Assembly: GCA_965153455.1 (NCBI GenBank)
Contig: OZ234494.1
Coordinates: 6,076,001-6,140,000, forward strand
Length of the DNA: 64,000 nucleotides
Origin: Sphagnum compactum
Taxonomy: Eukaryota
Direction of reading: 5' to 3'
Under the pieces are notes generated by a model. The model had not been told where the DNA came from, did no database searches, and worked only from the letters and a program-made list of their open reading frames with translations. Of this stretch, positions 51,301 through 62,707 are shown piece by piece (position 1 is the stretch's first letter; each line of letters starts with the position of its first letter). The position numbers and the translations under genes are program-made.

Positions 51301-52766
51301 TTTCATACACGTTAGGTTTAATTTTTTTCAAATCACCTTCATTAAATCCTACTCACCAAAAAATTTCCAACAATATCAAGAGCACACATAAATTCCCCTA
51401 TAATTTTAGTTTTGAAAATATTGTTTAGGGTAGATGCAAGTTAGGGTGGTTCAAAAGCGGCAAGAATCCTAATCCCAAAAGTCCATATTTTAACACTAAA
51501 ATGGAAAAAACACTTAAAAACTGATTTTGAGTGGGCCCTATGTGGTGATTAATCAACTAACAAAGTCCATATGAAAGGCTACCCATCTAAAACAATTCTT
51601 TTGACATACATGTTAGGGGGAAAAAAATATCAATCCAACAAAAAATGACCAAGATAGGGACTTAGGAAACTAAGGTCCAAATTTGATCATTCAAAAGTCC
51701 ATAGTTGTTTGTTGGTTAAATTTTTTGTTGTAATTTTTTTCAATCCATATTTGTTTTTCCATCGCATATTGTATATTGAGTCCATATAAAAAATATTGAA
51801 ATGAAATCGTAACAAAAAATGCATTTTAATGTTAATGCAAAACCCATAACATAGTCCATATGCTCACTTTAAAAGTCCATTACTATATGATTGGTGTATG
51901 TTTGTTGAATTTCACCCGTCAATAAGTATTTTTATTGAAGTTGACAATCTTAATTCATAAATATTTTTGTCAAATTGATGATTTTTTAATGCATTTGTGA
52001 CATTTCAACATAGTACACTTTGCAAAAAATTCAAAAAGGGACAAAAAATGAGCCACCTTAGCTTGCAAAGTCCTTTTAACATTCAATAACTTTTCCATCA
52101 TAGCTTCAAACTAATGTTATGTGGGTATATAATTTACCCATATATACCCATAAGGTACAAATAAGGTATATATTTACCATAACTTATTTTAAAAAATCAA
52201 TATACTCTAATGAAACAAATACACAAAGGAATTCAAATTTGAAAATTTATGCCTTGTTCATAGCCTTGGATATATGTAAGAAATACCCATATCCAAAGAT
52301 AGATATGTATTGGCATTTGGGTTAAAAAATATTGGTAAGTATGACCTAAACCTTAAACTTTGTTAATTTTTGTTAATTAAATGAAGTGCATCCCGAGTTT
52401 GTCTTTTTGGGTGCAATTTGCCAATTTGATGGGTCCATAACAAAAATAAAATATACAAAATAAATTTTTTTATGTGAAAACATTAGACCGATGTATTCTA
52501 ATTGATTTTGTATTTCGTTAGATTTTGAATGAATTTGCATAATTTTACCGACATGAAAATGGCCAACCCCTTAATGAACAACTTGATTAAAATTGTTATA
52601 GACAAATGAAGTCACTAATAGTTATTTATGAAATTCATTAATAGTTAATTCATTAGATTAACCTCATAGTTCATATCTAAGCTAAATTACAAACCTAATT
52701 AATTTAAGCCACTTAGCCCACCAACTTAAAGTGCAATTGTGAAGATTTGAACCCTTCACCTCCATG

Positions 52767-53641
52767 TGTCACAACCCTAGCCTTGGGTTCGCGACCAAAG
52801 CAAAAAAGGTTATAAGGGCGCAAGCCAGAAAGAGTGTGAGAGAGTGTGGGAATGAAGACTCACACTCTCGAGTGAGCTCCCATTTTGGGAGTTGGAGTCC
52901 CGGTGGACTCCTAAACTTTCAAAGAGCGATTGCAGATGTCAAAACACTTTGCATTGAAAAGTTCTTTATATCATTGGAAAGCTATTGAAGTGTAGATATC
53001 TAAAATGGGCTTGCACATTTGAAACACAAGTTATGATGAAAAGAAAGGCCATGAATCAAATTGACAATTTGACTCCCCACCACGAAAAGTCGGGAATTGA
53101 CCCGACTTCCGTGCGTGTAGGTGGCATGCGACACACCGTTGGAAAACTCTCAACAAGAGTTACAACTTTGCTTTAGACCTCATCACGATCGGAGGTCTGA
53201 ACATGAAGTTATAGCCCCGCAAAGTTGCGGGAGTTCCAACCTTGGTAGTTTCGGGACGTTCCTACGGGAGTCCCGAGACAAAAAGCCATTTGGATGTGGG
53301 CCTCGCGGAGAGGTGCAAAGTATACTATATGGGGGAAGGTGGTGGCTTCCCCCGAGTCCGGCCGTGATGAGTCTTGTGAGTCCGAGGTCGCCCGTGGCTC
53401 GTCCTAGCACCAAAAGTGCCCCAACATTATACTAACCAACGTGTTGGTTGGTTTGATGCAGATTTGAGTGAGTAAATATATTTCTTGTCACTCTTCCTAG
53501 TCCCATCTCGGAGCTCTAGCACGCTCCTCTACCTTTTTAAAGTGTTGAGAACCAGGGAGCGTGCCCCAAGCTCTTAACCTTTCCACTGCTTTTCTACTTT
53601 AGACTCATCCTAAGTCTATCAAGGAGCTTGGGAGCGCATCA
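52767..53641 (+). mobile_element. Solo LTR (875 bp) with perfect 5-bp TSD
   Basis: TGTCAC...GCATCA termini flanked by CCATG at 52762-52766 and 53642-53646. Confidence 0.92.
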
Positions 53642-53849
53642 CCATGCTTAAGGAACAAGTTCTTAATCATTGGACCACAATTTAAATAAGTGAACAACTT
53701 GTCATTTTGCTCCTCAAATCCTAATTGTAATGGATCAACATTTTGTTTCCCAATTGTCTGTTCTGATGAAGCAACATTTTGCTTCCCTTTCTTTAGTTTC
53801 CTTCCTCTAGCAACAACTTTCAACATTAAAAAGAACCACCATTTCATTG

Positions 53850-54670
53850 TTAATTCTCAATTTTAATGAACTAGACCTAAAGGACCAGAAAAGAAAAAAA
53901 AAAAAAAAAAAACGATGACGGCTTATTGTCATTACCTTCTTCATAGCAACACCACCATAGAAGAAGGCGACGACATTGTTGCCGTCACCTTCTTCTTCTT
54001 TGCAACACCACCATAGAAGAAGACGACGATGCATTGTCATTGTCTTCTTCTTCTCAAACACCAAGAAAGTAACGACAGCTTGTTGCCGTTATGTTCTTCG
54101 CTGCAACACCACCAGAGAAGAAGGCGATGAAAGTCAAAGACAGAGAAGAAGGCGACGACAACTTGCTACCGATACCATCTTCACTGCAACAATAACACAA
54201 AAATAGACAGGAGAGGGAGGTAGGTAGGAGGGGGGGGGTAGGTAGGAGGGGAAATTTTTGGGACGACAACAAGCTTGTTCGCAACAAAAAACAAAAGAAA
54301 AAAAAAGGCAACAACACACTTGTGTTGTTGCCTTCTTTGCTTCAAACAAAAACAAAAAAATGAAAAAAACAAGATGATGGCGTTTTCTTTTTCTCAAGTA
54401 GAAGAAAAGAAGAAAAAACATTAAAAAAAAAAAAAAACCATAAGGAAAAAAAAATGCAAAGAAGGGAGGGAGCTTACCTTTCTTCTCTCGCTTCTGCATT
54501 TGGGATGAAGCGTTCCTCTTGCCTTCTCCTCTCCACGTTTCTTCAACATTAAGCTCTCCACCTTTCTCCAGCCTTATGTGTCACGTCTCCTCGAAGCTCT
54601 ATACTACTCGAGCTTGGAGATGCAGTGGGCGGGAAATGAGGTGAGCGAGGTAGGTAGGAGGGGGGGAGGT
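53850..54670. repeat. Low-complexity, probably transposon-derived block with CTTCTTC/GAAGAAG motifs and a duplicated GAGGTAGGTAGGAGGGGGG
   Basis: G-rich motif at ~54217 and ~54648, related motif at ~60491-60525; recurrent GAAGAAGGCGACGAC units. Confidence 0.5.
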
Positions 54671-54679
54671 ATGTCATTG

Positions 54680-55150
54680 TTAATTTTCCCCAGTATCCTC
54701 CAAGTTGACAGGCTCCTGTGCAGATCCACCCACCGAATCAATTGGAACACCGTTGTCCATGCCTCCAGCAGTGCCACAAGCCTTGGCAGTCTTGCCCCAA
54801 ATCAGTAAACATCGCTCAAACCATGGTCATTTGCATTGACCTGCGTCGGATTCTTCATGCTCCTGTTTCAATTGATTAAATTTCTTCCGCATTTTATGTA
54901 CTTTGGACTGAACTTGAGGCCAAGTGCGCGGATGGGTCAATGGAAATGCCTCCTCAATGCTCAATAAAATTTCTTGCCACTGTTGCTGTGTCAGGCTGTT
55001 CATGCTATTGGCAAGAAACTTCTCCTCAAACAAATCCATCAACAATGCTGTAGAATCATCTTTCCAATCTCTTGGATTTGCGTGGAGCTGGAGGTGCTGT
55101 GTGAGGCACAATGGACAAGGGAAGAGCTTGAACCCATCATCATCTGGGTC
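54680..55150 (-). pseudogene. Myb/SANT-like (trihelix, Myb_DNA-bind_4 type) fragment with an in-frame stop; host gene or Harbinger Myb ORF
   Basis: RDWKDDSTALLMDLFEEKF...LTQQQWQEI...RTWPQVQSKVHKMRKKFNQLK...GQCK*PWFERCLLIWG; TGA at 54827-54829 sits at the conserved W of the W.WF motif and the frame continues after it. Confidence 0.75.
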
Positions 55151-55224
55151 AGGAAACTTGGCTCTTGAGAAGGTTCCATGGTGAGAAAGACAGAAAAAAA
55201 TGTGATTCAAAGAAAAATTTAAGA

Positions 55225-55440
55225 AACACAGTGCCTGCATTGTGTGCAGTGAGAAAGACAGAAGAAAATGTGAGAAACACAGTGCCGGTATTGTGTGCAG
55301 TGAGAAAATGGCTATGGAATGCAGGCAGGTGAGCACGTTGGAGCACGAAGCTGAACGGTGAACCTGTATTGTGTGCAGCGAGAAAATGTCTATGGAATGC
55401 AGGCAGGTGAGCACGTTGGAGCACGAAGCTGAACGATGAA
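55225..55440. repeat. Local tandem duplications (~50 and ~78 bp units)
   Basis: ATTGTGTGCAG(T/C)GAGAAA at ~55239, ~55290 and ~55368; TATGGAATGCAGGCAGGTGAGCACGTTGGAGCACGAAGCTGAACG twice. Confidence 0.85.
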
Positions 55441-55768
55441 ACTCGTAGACTCGGGCAGAGTACTAAACGGAGCGATGCAATTCGTGGGCAGGCCGGAAGG
55501 GGAGCTACAGTGGCAGGCCGATCGTCGGGATTTTCTGCCTGCCAGGTTTTGTGGCCGATCGCGGGCCCCGATCTGCTTCTCGAGCGGCAGTCGGCCACAC
55601 TTCTTCCCTCATGTGCGCGACCCATCTATTATAGGTATGCAAACTTATTACTGGATGCAATATACAAAACACTAAACCCTAATCTATGAAGCTGGTGGAG
55701 ACATACTTGGTGTTACAGACCTCTATGATCTCTGCAAGCAGTGGACCTCATATCTCATAAATTAGCTA

Positions 55769-56140
55769 TCAAAGCCAAGGAGATTTTCTTGAAAAATTGT
55801 CAACTATGTGGGTGGCCAGAAGGCTCTCATCATAGGTCCAACCAACGAGCTGATGATTATTTGGAAGGTACACATTCCTGTCTTGCATCTTGATTGCATG
55901 TACCATCATCCTATTAGCAGTATAAGAATGCAATGCTTCTGAGACATCCTGATGACCCGATGGGAGATCACTGTGTGGAATTTGCATGAAAATGGAGCCA
56001 AAAAAATTTATATTGATGGATCATGACCTTCAGCTGCTCTTCAATGGCTGTGTTGAGCCATGCACCCAGTGCAGATACTTGTGTGTGAAGAAGTTCAAAG
56101 GAACGGAGGAATTTGTTTTGTTACTGATTGATGGGATCCG
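55769..56140 (-). pseudogene. Unidentified coding-like fragment abutting the SecA fragment
   Basis: PDPINQ*QNKFLRSFELLHTQVSALGAWLNTAIEEQLKVMIHQYKF, frameshift in a T-run, then SIFMQIPHSDLPSG...ANRMMVHAIKMQDRNVYLPNNHQLVGWTYDESLLATHIVDNFSRK; protein-like but family not recognised. Confidence 0.4.
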
Positions 56141-56149
56141 GATGGACAG

Positions 56150-58178
56150 GTTGAATCAGATGTTGTTTTCAGGACAGTAATGGTAAATGGCATGCTGCAG
56201 TACTGGAAATAACTCGCATGCATAAGACAGGGCATCCCGTGCTTCTGGGTACCACAAGCATGGAGCAGAGTGAAGCCCTTTCTAAGCAATTGACAGAAGC
56301 TTCTATTCCACATCAGGTAGAAGGAGAGCATTCTTTTGTTTCTGTCATCATGTCCCCCATAAACCCTGGCAGTTATTATTGTGCTTATGCAAAAAAATTG
56401 TATGCTACTATTACACAGTGCCAGGGATTGTATGCCTTCTGAGTCTTAGTTGTTAAGATAATTCTTTTATTTGCATGATTCTGTTGCAGGTCCTTAATAC
56501 AAATCTTGAGAATGTGGAGTGAGAAGCAGAGATTGTGTAGCACAAAGATCTGGGAGGTGTACCATTGCCACCAACATGGCAGATCATGGAACAGATATTA
56601 TCTTAGGAGGGAATGCTGAGTTCATGGCCAGGCTCAAGCCCTGTGAAATGTTTCTGCCTCAGTTCATTCACTGTACTGGAAGTATGGGTTCATTTGGAAG
56701 ACATGGAGCAGTGTTACTGTATGGACCAAGTCTGTCTTAGCCCATCTTCAGTCTTGTATAATTGAACAAGCTGTTGTCTATATGGCCAGGGTCGTGTGGT
56801 TGGGTAGAGGAGACTGCTGCATTGGCGGACGAGTCTGTTAGATCTGCTGCCCAAAAATGGGGAGAGATGTCATTGACAGAGCTCAAGGCAGAGGATCATC
56901 TGGCATATGCTTGTGGGAAGGCAGTTGTTGTCAAGCAACAATGCTAGTCCTGGAAGTTATGGCCCTTTTTGCATTTGGGAGATCAGAAACTTCTTCTAGA
57001 ATGTACTCAAGAGAAGCTGTTCTTAATAGACCACTGTTCTTGCTGTAACTTCCCATAGGCATGTGCTGTTCATGTTCTCTGATATCAGAGAAGGTGACAT
57101 GGTGGATCATGCAGGGTTGAACCAAAGATGATGTGATGAGGCAGATACATAATGTGATGCAAGCCATTATCTCAGATTTTAGGTGCTTTACAGATGAAGA
57201 GAAGAAAAAGGTAAGTAGATAGAAAGAGATCGTCATGGTCTGTGTATCAAGCTGCTCACTTTGTAGTTCTAGAAGAGCAAGCTTTGCATCATCGCTCATG
57301 CCTGACTGCACAAGTAGCCGAACCCATTTAGCACCTATTCTATGCATTGAGGAGATTGACAATGGGTTGCTCACCTTGTCATATTGCAGGTGGTAGCAAC
57401 TGGAGGACTCCATGTTGTTGGTATTGAATGCCATGAGTCAAGGCACATTGATAATCAGGTGCTATTTGGTCCCCCTTTTCCTCAAGGGTTGCAATTCTTA
57501 CTGACAGCACCATGGTTGCAAGTAATCCACCTTGTCTCTAACGCTGTGCCATTTTTCAACTCATGTAGGTTGTATGGTCCTGTGGTCTCCTTGCAGCTTC
57601 ATGGTCATAGTGGTCATCAGGGAGATCCTGGAAGCTCCAGATTTTTCCTCAGCCTTGAAGATAACATTTTTAGGATTATTGGTGGTGATCGGATACAGGT
57701 GCGTTTTTCTCAAGTTCAGTGTCTCCAGAAAGCAAAACCAAAAGTCTAGAGATTGTCCAACTCTTACAAAATGTATGTGCAAAGTGGGTTTTGTTGATGC
57801 ATTATCCCTCCCCCCCCCCCCCCACCAGCCCTTATTGAAATGATGGTAGGGTTGCTGGCCTTGATGAAAGCTTTCAGAGTTGAGGACCTTTCCATTAAGT
57901 CAAAGATGTTAACTAAATCACTTGATGAGGCACAGAAAAAGGTGGAGCGCTACTTCTATGTGTCAGACGATGGAAGCATTTTACATTGTAGTGCGATTGA
58001 TTAGATGAAGAAATATTGCTCTCAGTTTTGCACAGCATGGGTGGTGGCGAAGGTGCAGGTACTGTTATTTGCTTGAAGACTTCTCACCCAAGCTGCTAGC
58101 CGAGAAGCATTCCACCCTTGAGAGTCTTGGTGATTACCTTCACTTCCAGGGTCAGGAGGCTTTTACTTACAGAAAAAG
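56150..58178 (+). pseudogene. SECA1: Intron-containing internal fragment of plastid preprotein translocase SecA1, pseudogenised
   Basis: Exon remnants [207 protein letters not shown]. Stops at 56520 and 57118, frameshifts, internal deletions, both ends missing. Confidence 0.95.
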
Positions 58179-58642
58179 GTAAAAAGAGTTGATGCACCTT
58201 CATTCTGCTGTATGCACATATCAGAGTAATCTTTCTTTCTTGGATGCCAGTGGCTGAGTTTTCTCACACAAAGCATATGGATGTATGTGTCAACAGTTCA
58301 AACCTGTGCTGGCAAATCCTGGTAGCTCCAGAGTCTAGTAATGGAGCTCCAACATCGCATGTAGATGATCCAACAAACGAATTTCTGGGCAGGGGAGTGG
58401 CAAAGATTATATTCAATCAAATGGCATCAATGTTGTAGCAATTTGCAAATTCTGGCGGGGATCAGATCAATGATGAATATCATTCTGACTGAGCCTCGCT
58501 TTGTATGGGAAAAAAAACTATGTGTTTTTTGGCATTTCACATGTTCTAACAATGTTGACATGCTGTGCATAAAAGCTTATAAGTGGTATCAATTGGTCGT
58601 GTTTCCTAACTCAAAACTTCAACAAAAGAATGTCAAAATTTG

Positions 58643-58780
58643 CAAGACGCATCGAATTAGCTCCTCACAAAATAGGTCAAAAGTGACAAGACGCATCGAA
58701 TTAGCTCCTCACAAAATAGGTCAAAAGTGACAAGACGCATCGAATTAGCTCCTCACAAAATAGGTCAAAAGTGACAAGAC
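58643..58780. repeat. Perfect tandem repeat, 3 x 44 bp
   Basis: CAAGACGCATCGAATTAGCTCCTCACAAAATAGGTCAAAAGTGA at 58643, 58687 and 58731. Confidence 0.97.
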
Positions 58781-59449
58781 TAACTCCAAGATGCTACGAC
58801 AACATCACCCTTTGTAGACATGCCCAAGTTAGATTAATTACCAAGCCAACAAAAGGTGATGGATTTAGGTAATGGAGTCAATTTAATGGGGCCATTCATG
58901 ATTCAAATCCCAATGGGTAAGGAATTGTCCAATGGGTATGTATTAATTGTGTAATAAAAAGAAACTACATTCCCAAAACCCATTCATTCTATACAGTTTT
59001 CAATTCTTCATTTTTTTAAAAACTATTTTCCCATTTTTATTTATGTTTAAAAAATTATTTTAATTTTTTTTCCAACTAGGGTTACATATGTTGTTAGTTT
59101 GAGAAAAAAATTTCAGGTATGCATTTTTTTTGAATAATACATTTCCGAATGGTGGTGGCATAGGAGGTTACTTTTGAAACATGTCTCAAGTATGCAAAGT
59201 TTTTTTTAAAAATTATTATTATTATTTTAAAAAGGGTTTAAGCATGTAATGGATATATACTTGGTCATTTTTTATTATTTGTACAATGCTAGTAAGTAGA
59301 AATTTTTTAATTCTCTTTATTGTGTGGAACCAAAACTGGAACCAAGGATTTTGAAAAAACAAAAAAAGAAAAAAGTGATTACAATCGAGGGTTAACCAGA
59401 GGTTAACTGAGTCAATTTTTTCAGTTCAAGTTAGTAAAGAACTAGACAC

Positions 59450-59695
59450 GAATAAAGTGTTTTCTGTACATAGTTAACCACCGTGGTTAGCTATGGGAAA
59501 ATAAACACTCTTTTTTTTCATTGAATAAAGTGTTTCGTGTACTTAACCACTGTAGTTAGCTATGGGACAGGTAACACTTTTTCTTTTTCTTTTTTTTCCC
59601 ATTGAATAAATTGTTTCCTGTCCACACATCATCCATCCACCCATCCATCCATCCATCCATCCATACATTGGATGGATGGATGGATGGATGGATGG
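59450..59695. repeat. ~73-80 bp degenerate tandem repeat followed by a (CCAT)n/(TGGA)n inverted microsatellite
   Basis: GAATAAAGTGTTT...TTAACCAC.GT.GTTAGCTATGGGA at ~59450 and ~59523, partial third at ~59604; CCAT run and complementary ATGG run at 59630-59695. Confidence 0.85.
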
Positions 59696-59995
59696 TGTGT
59701 TACTCGGCTGCTGGTCCACTCTAGCTGTGAAAGGTGTGCGATTCATTCACAACGTGATTTTACATAACAACACTTCCGGAAAAGAAAGGCCAAGAGTCCA
59801 ACTGACTTACATCATGTGATGGCATTTGCCTTACGCAACAAAATGGCTCTCAATACGTCATATGATGTAACTATGTGGGCGACCTTCCTTCCTTCACTTG
59901 GGTCGACTGCATGTGAGTCGCTTTGTCTCACATGATGATTTGGGAACTGAAAAGAGAAGAAAGTCTCTGTATCTAAAGATAAATTAAAAATGTGT

Positions 59996-60095
59996 GGGGA
60001 TGGAAAAGAACAAGATTTTGCTGCATGGTGGGGATGGAAAAGAACAAGATTTTTGCTGCATGGTGGGGATGGAAAAGAACAAGATTTTTTGCTGC
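59996..60095. repeat. Tandem repeat, ~3 x 34-36 bp
   Basis: GGGGATGGAAAAGAACAAGAT(T)nGCTGCATGGT repeated three times with a lengthening T run. Confidence 0.92.
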
Positions 60096-61448
60096 TAGTA
60101 TATGTCCCGCACCCGACAAACACAAGAAAAAAGATGGGGAGACCCCTTCACTCCATGAAGCGACTTCTCGTTAGTTAGTTGCATGGAAATTCTATTCCTA
60201 ATATTGGCTGCCATTATTTTTGTCCTGGACTAATAGCCCTTCCTAAGAACACCCAAACCTATTCAAGCCCTTGCCATTTAGACAAGACCAAAAATGGCGA
60301 CCAACACAATTATTAGAAATTATTTTACATTTTTTTAAATTTAAAAAATTTAAAAAATCTCTTGTTGACTGGGAGAGTTTGGCAAAAGAAAGAGAGGGGG
60401 AAAAAGAAAAGGGAAATAAAAGAAAGACAATCAAGTTTTTGTGGTCAAAATTTGTTGCCACCCACCCAACTAGGGTTTTTTTTTCAATTTGGAGGGGGGG
60501 AAGGGGGGGTAGGTAGGTAGGTGGGTTGACAACCATTCGCACGAGGGTCTTAGCCAAATTTGGCTATAGGTCAGAGAGGTAAGTAGCAAAAGTTAGGAAA
60601 CCTGGCTACCCATATTCTGGCGACAAGCTATATGAACTAATGTCTAAATATGGCAAGTTGAAGGGAAAATTAAATTAAAATTCCCTCAAAATCAGGCAAA
60701 CTTTTTGGAGTTTTTTTTTTAAAAAAAAGGGAATCTTCCAAACAAGAGAGAAATCTGTTCTCTATTGAAAAATAGGTGCAAATTTTCACACCCAAAACAA
60801 ACAAAAAAAAAGAAAAAAGGCTGGTGACCAAACTCAATCCCTAGTCATAACTGAAATTATCCAAATGAAATAAGGGCAATCAAATCAAATGGGGATTAGC
60901 CATATTTGACTTTTTAAGCTTTTGTTTGTACAACTAGAATGTCCACATATTTTGGGGGGTTTTTTCTTTTTCTTTTCCTTTTTTAATGGGGTGTGTGCCA
61001 GCCAAAAAACCGCCCACCAACATATACATATTTGCATAAGTTAAGACCAAGGGAATTATATGATAATACATATTATATTATATTATATTTTCATATATAT
61101 ATATGAAAAAATAATAATATAATATTATATATATATATGACATTATATTTAATAGGTTGAGAGAAAGGGATTATGTGATTGTTATGTGGGTACGTATGCA
61201 TTACATATGCATACATAGTACAAGACAAATGTTGGGATTGGTACATCTCAAGATATTGTTCACAAATTTGACCATGGTTTAGAATGTGTGGTGTAGTAGT
61301 ATGTACTAGGTCCACTAAAGAGACTCTCTCCAAAGCAAACCTCTTTTTTTTCTTTTTTTTCAATTGGTGAGATTTTGCCAAAAATGAAGTGAAATTAAAA
61401 ATTAGTTTTGTTCGAAAATGAAGTGATTTTGGAGGATTTTTTTGTTTA

Positions 61449-61910
61449 ATTCTACCCTAAACATTCAAACCTACCCTAAATCCTAAAAATCAACAAAAAC
61501 ACATTCTACCCTAAAATTCAAACCTACCCTAAATCCTTGAAATCAACAAAAACACATTCTACCCTAAAATTCAAACCTACCCTAAATCCTTAAAATCAAC
61601 AAAAACACATTCTACCCTAAAATTCAAACCTACCCTCAATCATTGAAAGCATCAAAAACACATTCTACCCTAAAATTCAAACCTACCCTAAATCCTAAAA
61701 ATCAACAAAAAACACATTCTACCCTAAAATTCAAACCTACCCTAAATCCTAAAATCAACAAAAACTACCCTAAAATTCAAACCTACCCTCAATCCTTAAA
61801 AGCAACAAAAACACATTCTACCCTAAAATTCAAACCTACCCTCAATCCTTAAAAGGCAACAAAAACACGTTCTACCCTAAAAAATTCAAACCTACTACCC
61901 TCAATCCTTA
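61449..61910. repeat. Minisatellite, ~9 x 53 bp, rich in CCCTAAA telomere-like motifs
   Basis: ATTCTACCCTAAAATTCAAACCTACCCT(A/C)AATCCT.AAA.CAACAAAAACAC at 61449, 61503, 61556, 61609, 61662, 61716, ~61765, 61815 and ~61870. Confidence 0.95.
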
Positions 61911-62707
61911 AAAGCAAGGAAAACACAAAAAGGCGCAAGAGAGGTGAGGTATATATAGCAAGTAAGCAGATTGATTGAATGGAGATGAGTTTTACAAAGA
62001 GTTCCTGAGTTGCGTATATAATCTTTACAAACATTTTGAGTGTTTCTGAAAGGTGTGTTGTCTGTCTGTCTGTCACCAGCCCCTTTTCTTTTCTTCTTTT
62101 CAAATCAATGGGCAGGAGGAATGGCTGTTTTCTGAAGGGCCAGCCCCTTGAAACAAACTAACTACATACAAAAAAGAAAAAAACTGAATTGAGCCTCACA
62201 CTCTTTTTCTATACCCTAGAAGCTTTTCCCATCATCTTCCAAAGAGAGGGCAAACTCTGCTGACTGCACTTTGATCATTTCATTCACTACTCCCAAAGAC
62301 ATGACTTTGTTTTTTTCTCGCTTGAGCGCTCACAACTGCCTGTAGAAGACCTAATGGATGTCCTTTCTGTATTTGTACAAGAGACAGTGATCACATCTTC
62401 CTCCGCCCCCACCACCACCACCACCACCACCACCCCCACCCTAACCCTAATAACACACCAGATGTTCCCACCTCACAACATGTGCCTCCTTGTCGTTACT
62501 GTAATGCATTGGACATATTTCTAGATGTGTGCTTTGTAAGTAAGCAGGGAGTTGCTAATCAAGATTTGTTCATTGTTGTGGCTTTGAACTCTGTGTGTAC
62601 CTGTCTCTCTACCACCCAAGCAAAATGTTTCTCACTTACAGTACATCCCCAGGCAGGCAGGCAGGCAGGCAGGCACGATTACTTTTTGTTTTGCCCCTTT
62701 TAAAATC

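Noticed and set aside
18050-55150. Harbinger transposase and Myb-like fragment as the two ORFs of one element
   Set aside because: They are ~36 kb apart with an intact host gene between them and no linking TIRs.
56150-58178. Bacterial or plastid-genome secA (contamination, HGT or NUPT)
   Set aside because: It has GT-AG spliceosomal introns and plant nuclear SECA1-type sequence, so it derives from a nuclear gene.
58643-58780. CRISPR-like repeat array (also considered for 14988-15162, 34900-35160 and 61449-61910)
   Set aside because: Units are head-to-tail with no unique spacers, there are no cas genes, and the context is eukaryotic.
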